This document shows positions 54,714 through 64,000 of a stretch of DNA of 64,000 nt, one piece after another; the stretch's first letter is position 1, and each line of letters opens with the position of its first letter. Under the pieces are notes generated by a model. It had not been told where the DNA came from, searched no databases, and was given only the letters and a program-made list of their open reading frames with translations. A program made the translations under genes and the position numbers. Origin of the DNA: Auanema rhodensis (taxonomy: Eukaryota; Animalia; Nematoda). The DNA is taken from NCBI GenBank assembly GCA_964057225.1, contig CAXKVF010000078.1, positions 434,001 to 498,000 of the forward strand, given 5' to 3'.

Positions 54714-57700
54714 AGTTACATACCAAGTGCACATCACGTGTACATTTAATTAGCATAAATTAAAGTTCACGTAAATTTCAAAGTCATGGTTACCATGAAG
54801 CAATATCAATAAAAATTTCCTTTAGACTAATATGGACATGGGGAATCTAATTTTGAAAACCGCATCTCTTTATCTTTCACGTGAAGCGAGTTACATACCA
54901 AGTGCACATCACGTGTACATTTAATTAGCATAAATTAAAGTTCACGTAAATTTCAAAGTCATGGTTACCATGAACCAATATCAATAAAAATTTGTTTTTA
55001 GACTAATATGGACATGGGAAATCTAATTTTGAAAACCGCATCTCTTTATCTTTCACGTGAAGCGAGTTACATACCAAGTGCACATCACGTGTACATTTAA
55101 TTAGCATAAATTAAAGTTCACGTAAATTTCAAAGTCATGGTTACCATGAAGCAATATTAATAAAAATTTGTTTTTAGACTAATATGGACATGGGGAATCT
55201 AATTTTGAAAACCGCATCTCTTTATCTTTCACGTGAAGCGAGTTACATACCAAGTGCACATCACGTGTACATTTAATTAGCATAAATTAAAGTTCACGTA
55301 AATTTCAAAGTCATGGTTACCATGCACCAATATCAATAAAAATTTGTTTTTAGACTAATATGGACATGGGGGATCTAATTTTGAAAACCGCATCTCTTTA
55401 TCTTTCACGTGAAGCGAGTTACATACCAAGTGCACATCACGTGTACATTTAATTAGCATAAATTAAAGTTCACGTAAATTTCAAAGTCATGGTTACCATG
55501 AACCAATATCAATAAAAATTTGTTTTTAGACTAATATGGACATGGGGAATCTAATTTTGAAAACCGCATCTCTTTATCTTTCACGTGAAGCGAGTTACAT
55601 ACCAAGTGCACATCACGTGTACATTTAATTAGCATAAATTAAAGTTCACGTAAATTTCAAAGTCATGGTTACCATGAACCAATATCAATAAAAATTTGTT
55701 TTTAGACTAATATGGACATGGGGAATCTAATTTTGAAAACCGCATCTCTTTATCTTTCACGTGAAGAGAGTTACATACCAAGTGCACATCACGTGTACAT
55801 TTAATTAGCATAAATTAAAGTTCACGTAAATTTCAAAGTCATGATTACCATGCACCAATATCAATAAAAATTTGTTTTTAGACTAATATGGACATGGGGA
55901 ATCTAATTTTGAAAACCGCATCTCTTCATCTTTCACGTGAAGCGAGTTACATACCAAGTGCACATCACGTGTACATTTAATTAGCATAAATTAAAGTTCA
56001 CGTAAATTTCAAAGTCATGGTTACCATTCACCAATATCAATAAAAATTTCCTTTAGACTAATATGGACATGGGGAATCTAATTTTGAAAACCGCATCTCT
56101 TTATCTTTCACGTGAAGCGAGTTACATACCAAGTGCACATCACGTGTACATTTAATTAGCATAAATTAAAGTTCACGTAAATTTCAAAGTCATGGTTACC
56201 ATGAACCAATATCAATAAAAATTTGTTTTTAGACTAATATGGACATGGGAAATCTAATTTTGAAAACCGCATCTCTTTATCTTTCACGTGAAGCGAGTTA
56301 CATACCAAGTGCACATCACGTGTACATTTAATTAGCATAAATTAAAGTTCACGTAAATTTCAAAGTCATGGTTACCATGAAGCAATATTAATAAAAATTT
56401 GTTTTTAGACTAATATGGACATGGGGAATCTAATTTTGAAAACCGCATCTCTTTATCTTTCACGTGAAGCGAGTTACATACCAAGTGCACATCACGTGTA
56501 CATTTAATTAGCATAAATTAAAGTTCACGTAAATTTCAAAGTCATGGTTACCATGCACCAATATCAATAAAAATTTGTTTTTAGACTAATATGGACATGG
56601 GGGATCTAATTTTGAAAACCGCATCTCTTTATCTTTCACGTGAAGCGAGTTACATACCAAGTGCACATCACGTGTACATTTAATTAGCATAAATTAAAGT
56701 TCACGTAAATTTCAAAGTCATGGTTACCATGAACCAATATCAATAAAAATTTGTTTTTAGACTAATATGGACATGGGGAATCTAATTTTGAAAACCGCAT
56801 CTCTTTATCTTTCACGTGAAGCGAGTTACATACCAAGTGCACATCACGTGTACATTTAATTAGCATAAATTAAAGTTCACGTAAATTTCAAAGTCATGGT
56901 TACCATGAACCAATATCAATAAAAATTTGTTTTTAGACTAATATGGACATGGGGAATCTAATTTTAAAAACCGCATCTCTTTATCTTTCACGTGAAGCGA
57001 GTTACATACCAAGTGCACATCACGTGTACATTTAATTAGCATAAATTAAAGTTCACGTAAATTTCAAAGTCATGGTTACCATGAAGCAATATCAATGAAA
57101 ATTTCCTTTAGACTAATATGGACATGGGGAATCTAATTTTGAAAACCGCATCTCTTTATCTTTCACGTGAAGCGAGTTACATACCAAGTGCACATCACGT
57201 GTACATTTAATTAGCATAAATTAAAGTTCACGTAAATTTCAAAGTCATGGTTACCATGAACCAATATCAATAAAAATTTGTTTTTAGACTAATATGGACA
57301 TGGGAAATCTAATTTTGAAAACCGCATCTCTTTATCTTTCACGTGAAGCGAGTTACATACCAAGTGCACATCACGTGTACATTTAATTAGCATAAATTAA
57401 AGTTCACGTAAATTTCAAAGTCATGGTTACCATGAAGCAATATTAATAAAAATTTGTTTTTAGACTAATATGGACATGGGGAATCTAATTTTGAAAACCG
57501 CATCTCTTTATCTTTCACGTGAAGCGAGTTACATACCAAGTGCACATCACGTGTACATTTAATTAGCATAAATTAAAGTTCACGTAAATTTCAAAGTCAT
57601 GGTTACCATGCACCAATATCAATAAAAATTTGTTTTTAGACTAATATGGACATGGGGGATCTAATTTTGAAAACCGCATCTCTTTATCTTTCACGTGAAG

Positions 57701-58318
57701 CGAGTTACATACCAAGTGCACATCACGTGTACATTTAATTAGCATAAATTAAAGTTCACGTAAATTTCAAAGTCATGGTTACCATGAACCAATATCAATA
57801 AAAATTTGTTTTTAGACTAATATGGACATGGGGAATCTAATTTTGAAAACCGCATCTCTTTATCTTTCACGTGAAGCGAGTTACATACCAAGTGCACATC
57901 ACGTGTACATTTAATTAGCATAAATTAAAGTTCACGTAAATTTCAAAGTCATGGTTACCATGAACCAATATCAATAAAAATTTGTTTTTAGACTAATATG
58001 GACATGGGGAATCTAATTTTGAAAACCGCATCTCTTTATCTTTCACGTGAAGAGAGTTACATACCAAGTGCACATCACGTGTACATTTAATTAGCATAAA
58101 TTAAAGTTCACGTAAATTTCAAAGTCATGGTTACCATGCACCAATATCAATAAAAATTTGTTTTTAGACTAATATGGACATGGGGAATCTAATTTTGAAA
58201 ACCGCATCTCTTCATCTTTCACGTGAAGCGAGTTACATACCAAGTGCACATCACGTGTACATTTAATTAGCATAAATTAAAGTTCACGTAAATTTCAAAG
58301 TCATGGTTACCATTCACC
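54714..58318 (+). repeat. About 7.5-monomer block duplicated at 13-monomer (2286 bp) offset, built on a degenerate 6-mer unit
   Basis: Copies start at 54714 and 57000. Shared order: tttCCtttag, 131A, 87G+94T, 85C+132G, 85A, gaagAgag (55767/58053), 85C+159C, catTca. Confidence 0.85.
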
Positions 58319-59110
58319 AATATCAATAAAAATTTGTTTTTAGACTAATATGGACATGGGGAATCTAATTTTGAAAACCGCATCTCTTTATCTTTCACGT
58401 GAAGCGAGTTACATACCAAGTGCACATCACGTGTACATTTAATTAGCATAAATTAAAGTTCACGTAAATTTCAAAGTCATGGTTACCATGCACCAATATC
58501 AATAAAATTTTGTTTTTAGACTAATATGGACATGGGGAATCTAATTTTGAAAACAGCATCTCTTCATCTTTCACGTGAAGCGAGTTACATACCAAGTGCA
58601 CATCACGTGTACATTTAATTAGCATAAATTAAAGTTCACGTAAATTTCAAAGTCATGGTTACCATGCACCAATATCAATAAAAATTTGTTTTTAGACTAA
58701 TATGGACATGGGGAATCTAATTTTGAAAACCGCATCTCTTTATCTTTCACGTGAAGCGAGTTACATACCAAGTGCACATCACGTGTACATTTAATTAGCA
58801 TAAATTAAAGTTCACGTAAATTTCAAAGTCATGGTTACCATGAAGCAATATCAATAAAAATTTGTTTTTAGACTAATATGGACATGGGGAATCTAATTTT
58901 GAAAACCGCATCTCTTTATCTTTCACGTGAAGCGAGTTACATACCAAGTGCACATCACGTGTACATTTAATTAGCATAAATTAAAGTTCACGTAAATTTC
59001 AAAGTCATGGTTACCATGAACCAATATCAATAAAAATTTGTTTTTAGACTAATATGGACATGGGGAATCTAATTTTGAAAACCGCATCTCTTTATCTTTC
59101 ACGTGAAGCG

Positions 59111-60166
59111 AGTTACATACCAAGTGCACATCACGTGTACATTTAATTAGCATAAATTAAAGTTCACGTAAATTTCAAAGTCATGGTTACCATGAAGCAA
59201 TATTAATAAAAATTTGTTTTTAGACTAATATGGACATGGGGAATCTAATTTTGAAAACCGCATCTGTTTATCTTTCACGTGAAGCGAGTTACATACCAAG
59301 TGCACATCACGTGTACATTTAATTAGCATAAATTAAAGTTCACGTAAATTTCAAAGTCATGGTTACCATGAACCAATATCAATAAAAATTTGTTTTTAGA
59401 CTAATATGGACATGGGGAATCTAATTTTGAAAACCGCATCTCTTTATCTTTCACGTGAAGCGAGTTACATACCAAGTGCACATCACGTGTACATTTAATT
59501 AGCATAAATTAAAGTTCACGTAAATTTCAAAGTCATGGTTACCATGAAGCAATATTAATAAAAATTTGTTTTTAGACTAATATGGACATGGGGAATCTAA
59601 TTTTGAAAACCGCATCTCTTTATCTTTCACGTGAAGCGAGTTACATACCAAGTGCACATCACGTGTACATTTAATTAGCATAAATTAAAGTTCACGTAAA
59701 TTTCAAAGTCATGGTTACCATGAACCAATATCAATAAAAATTTGTTTTTAGACTAATATGGACATGGGAAATCTAATTTTGAAAACCGCATCTCTTTATC
59801 TTTCACGTGAAGCGAGTTACATACCAAGTGCACATCACGTGTACATTTAATTAGCATAAATTAAAGTTCACGTAAATTTCAAAGTCATGGTTACCATGAA
59901 GCAATATCAATAAAAATTTGTTTTTAGACTAATATGGACATGGGGAATCTAATTTTGAAAACCGCATCTCTTTATCTTTCACGTGAAGCGAGTTACATAC
60001 CAAGTGCACATCACGTGTACATTTAATTAGCATAAATTAAAGTTCACGTAAATTTCAAAGTCATGGTTACCATGAACCAATATCAATAAAAATTTGTTTT
60101 TAGACTAATATGGACATGGGGAATCTAATTTTGAAAACCGCATCTGTTTATCTTTCACGTGAAGCG
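59111..60166 (+). repeat. 6-monomer block matching 51547-52602 (offset 7564 bp, 43 monomers)
   Basis: Same order in both: 87G+94T+156G / 85A / 87G+94T / 131A / 87G / 85A+156G. Confidence 0.72.
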
Positions 60167-63100
60167 AGTTACATACCAAGTGCACATCACGTGTACATTT
60201 AATTAGCATAAATTAAAGTTCACGTAAATTTCAAAGTCATGGTTACCATGAACCAATATCAATAAAAATTTGTTTTTAGACTAATATGGACATGGGGAAT
60301 CTAATTTTGAAAACCGCATCTCTTTATCTTTCACGTGAAGCGAGTTACATACCAAGTGCACATCACGTGTACATTTAATTAGCATAAATTAAAGTTCACG
60401 TAAATTTCAAAGTCATGGTTACCATGAACCAATATCAATAAAAATTTGTTTTTAGACTAATATGGACATGGGAAATCTAATTTTGAAAACCGCATCTCTT
60501 TATCTTTCACGTGAAGCGAGTTACATACCAAGTGCACATCACGTGTACATTTAATTAGCATAAATTAAAGTTCACGTAAATTTCAAAGTCATGGTTACCA
60601 TGAAGCAATATTAATAAAAATTTGTTTTTAGACTAATATGGACATGGGGAATCTAATTTTGAAAACCGCATCTCTTTATCTTTCACGTGAAGCGAGTTAC
60701 ATACCAAGTGCACATCACGTGTACATTTAATTAGCATAAATTAAAGTTCACGTAAATTTCAAAGTCATGGTTACCATGAACCAATATCAATAAAAATTTG
60801 TTTTTAGACTAATATGGACATGGGGAATCTAATTTTGAAAACCGCATCTGTTTATCTTTCACGTGAAGCGAGTTACATACCAAGTGCACATCACGTGTAC
60901 ATTTAATTAGCATAAATTAAAGTTCACGTAAATTTCAAAGTCATGGTTACCATGAACCAATATCAATAAAAATTTGTTTTTAGACTAATATGGACATGGG
61001 GAATCTAATTTTGAAAACCGCATCTCTTTATCTTTCACGTGAAGCGAGTTACATACCAAGTGCACATCACGTGTACATTTAATTAGCATAAATTAAAGTT
61101 CACGTAAATTTCAAAGTCATGGTTACCATGAAGCAATATTAATAAAAATTTGTTTTTAGACTAATATGGACATGGGGAATCTAATTTTGAAAACCGCATC
61201 TCTTTATCTTTCACGTGAAGCGAGTTACATACCAAGTGCACATCACGTGTACATTTAATTAGCATAAATTAAAGTTCACGTAAATTTCAAAGTCATGGTT
61301 ACCATGAACCAATATCAATAAAAATTTGTTTTTAGACTAATATGGACATGGGAAATCTAATTTTGAAAACCGCATCTCTTTATCTTTCACGTGAAGCGAG
61401 TTACATACCAAGTGCACATCACGTGTACATTTAATTAGCATAAATTAAAGTTCACGTAAATTTCAAAGTCATGGTTACCATGAAGCAATATTAATAAAAA
61501 TTTGTTTTTAGACTAATATGGACATGGGGAATCTAATTTTGAAAACCGCATCTCTTTATCTTTCACGTGAAGCGAGTTACATACCAAGTGCACATCACGT
61601 GTACATTTAATTAGCATAAATTAAAGTTCACGTAAATTTCAAAGTCATGGTTACCATGCACCAATATCAATAAAAATTTGTTTTTAGACTAATATGGACA
61701 TGGGGGATCTAATTTTGAAAACCGCATCTCTTTATCTTTCACGTGAAGCGAGTTACATACCAAGTGCACATCACGTGTACATTTAATTAGCATAAATTAA
61801 AGTTCACGTAAATTTCAAAGTCATGGTTACCATGAACCAATATCAATAAAAATTTGTTTTTAGACTAATATGGACATGGGGAATCTAATTTTGAAAACCG
61901 CATCTCTTTATCTTTCACGTGAAGCGAGTTACATACCAAGTGCACATCACGTGTACATTTAATTAGCATAAATTAAAGTTCACGTAAATTTCAAAGTCAT
62001 GGTTACCATGAACCAATATCAATAAAAATTTGTTTTTAGACTAATATGGACATGGGGAATCTAATTTTAAAAACCGCATCTCTTTATCTTTCACGTGAAG
62101 CGAGTTACATACCAAGTGCACATCACGTGTACATTTAATTAGCATAAATTAAAGTTCACGTAAATTTCAAAGTCATGGTTACCATGAAGCAATATCAATA
62201 AAAATTTCCTTTAGACTAATATGGACATGGGGAATCTAATTTTGAAAACCGCATCTCTTTATCTTTCACGTGAAGCGAGTTACATACCAAGTGCACATCA
62301 CGTGTACATTTAATTAGCATAAATTAAAGTTCACGTAAATTTCAAAGTCATGGTTACCATGAACCAATATCAATAAAAATTTGTTTTTAGACTAATATGG
62401 ACATGGGAAATCTAATTTTGAAAACCGCATCTCTTTATCTTTCACGTGAAGCGAGTTACATACCAAGTGCACATCACGTGTACATTTAATTAGCATAAAT
62501 TAAAGTTCACGTAAATTTCAAAGTCATGGTTACCATGAAGCAATATTAATAAAAATTTGTTTTTAGACTAATATGGACATGGGGAATCTAATTTTGAAAA
62601 CCGCATCTCTTTATCTTTCACGTGAAGCGAGTTACATACCAAGTGCACATCACGTGTACATTTAATTAGCATAAATTAAAGTTCACGTAAATTTCAAAGT
62701 CATGGTTACCATGCACCAATATCAATAAAAATTTGTTTTTAGACTAATATGGACATGGGGGATCTAATTTTGAAAACCGCATCTCTTTATCTTTCACGTG
62801 AAGCGAGTTACATACCAAGTGCACATCACGTGTACATTTAATTAGCATAAATTAAAGTTCACGTAAATTTCAAAGTCATGGTTACCATGAAGCAATATTA
62901 ATAAAAATTTGTTTTTAGACTAATATGGACATGGGGAATCTAATTTTGAAAACCGCATCTCTTTATCTTTCACGTGAAGCGAGTTACATACCAAGTGCAC
63001 ATCACGTGTACATTTAATTAGCATAAATTAAAGTTCACGTAAATTTCAAAGTCATGGTTACCATGAACCAATATCAATAAAAATTTGTTTTTAGACTAAT

Positions 63101-64000
63101 ATGGACATGGGAAATCTAATTTTGAAAACCGCATCTCTTTATCTTTCACGTGAAGCGAGTTACATACCAAGTGCACATCACGTGTACATTTAATTAGCAT
63201 AAATTAAAGTTCACGTAAATTTCAAAGTCATGGTTACCATGAAGCAATATCAATAAAAATTTGTTTTTAGACTAATATGGACATGGGGAATCTAATTTTG
63301 AAAACCGCATCTCTTTATCTTTCACGTGAAGCGAGTTACATACCAAGTGCACATCACGTGTACATTTAATTAGCATAAATTAAAGTTCACGTAAATTTCA
63401 AAGTCATGGTTACCATGAACCAATATCAATAAAAATTTGTTTTTAGACTAATATGGACATGGGGAATCTAATTTTGAAAACCGCATCTGTTTATCTTTCA
63501 CGTGAAGCGAGTTACATACCAAGTGCACATCACGTGTACATTTAATTAGCATAAATTAAAGTTCACGTAAATTTCAAAGTCATGGTTACCATGAACCAAT
63601 ATCAATAAAAATTTGTTTTTAGACTAATATGGACATGGGGAATCTAATTTTGAAAACCGCATCTCTTTATCTTTCACGTGAAGCGAGTTACATACCAAGT
63701 GCACATCACGTGTACATTTAATTAGCATAAATTAAAGTTCACGTAAATTTCAAAGTCATGGTTACCATGAAGCAATATTAATAAAAATTTGTTTTTAGAC
63801 TAATATGGACATGGGGAATCTAATTTTGAAAACCGCATCTCTTTATCTTTCACGTGAAGCGAGTTACATACCAAGTGCACATCACGTGTACATTTAATTA
63901 GCATAAATTAAAGTTCACGTAAATTTCAAAGTCATGGTTACCATGAACCAATATCAATAAAAATTTGTTTTTAGACTAATATGGACATGGGAAATCTAAT

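Larger units (their letters stand above)
1..64000 (+). repeat. 176-bp tandem satellite DNA array (365 full monomers plus a 139-bp partial; runs to both window edges)
   Basis: AGTTACATACCAAGTGCACATCACGTG recurs at 1, 177, 353 ... 2641 (15x176) ... 63862. Length bookkeeping closes exactly: 63861 + 4 (one 4-bp deletion) + 4x87 + 27 (1-bp deletions) = 365x176. Monomer 1 has 58 G+C in 176 bp. Single orientation throughout; strand assignment is arbitrary. Confidence 0.99.

Noticed and set aside
1-64000. CRISPR-like array (palindromic repeats at regular spacing)
   Set aside because: The intervening sequences are identical from unit to unit, so there are no unique spacers; no leader or cas genes.
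1-64000. Simple telomeric repeats, G-quadruplex tracts, transposon insertions or inversions
   Set aside because: No TTAGGG/TTAGG/TTTAGGG runs and only one G-run per monomer. The monomer length bookkeeping closes exactly, leaving no room for inserted sequence.

Overview
The whole 64-kb window is one uninterrupted head-to-tail tandem array of a 176-bp AT-rich (about 33% GC) satellite monomer. It holds 365 complete monomers plus a 139-bp partial, all in the same orientation. Full-length monomers differ from the consensus at only about 0-3 positions. I see no genes, RNA genes, transposon insertions, inversions or CRISPR spacers, and the single 60-aa ORF is a by-product of one SNP in one monomer. 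The pattern is typical of eukaryotic centromeric, pericentromeric or subtelomeric satellite DNA, but I cannot name the family or organism from sequence alone. The informative structure lies at two scales. (1) Within the monomer: three TCACGT sites spaced 32-33 bp apart (one matches RTCACRTG, one sits in a perfect 10-bp palindrome), several dyads, and no CpG depletion. (2) Across the array: local higher-order repeats (2-, 3-, 5-, 6- and 9-mers, some nested), block duplications offset by 11, 13, 20 and 43 monomers, four 89-bp half-monomers, a left-to-right allele turnover near 17.8 kb, 27 one-base deletions confined to one T-tract, and a mappable recombination junction. Monomer positions below count from AGTTACATAC (window position 1). 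All variant calls were read by eye. I found no evidence for a novel protein-coding system.
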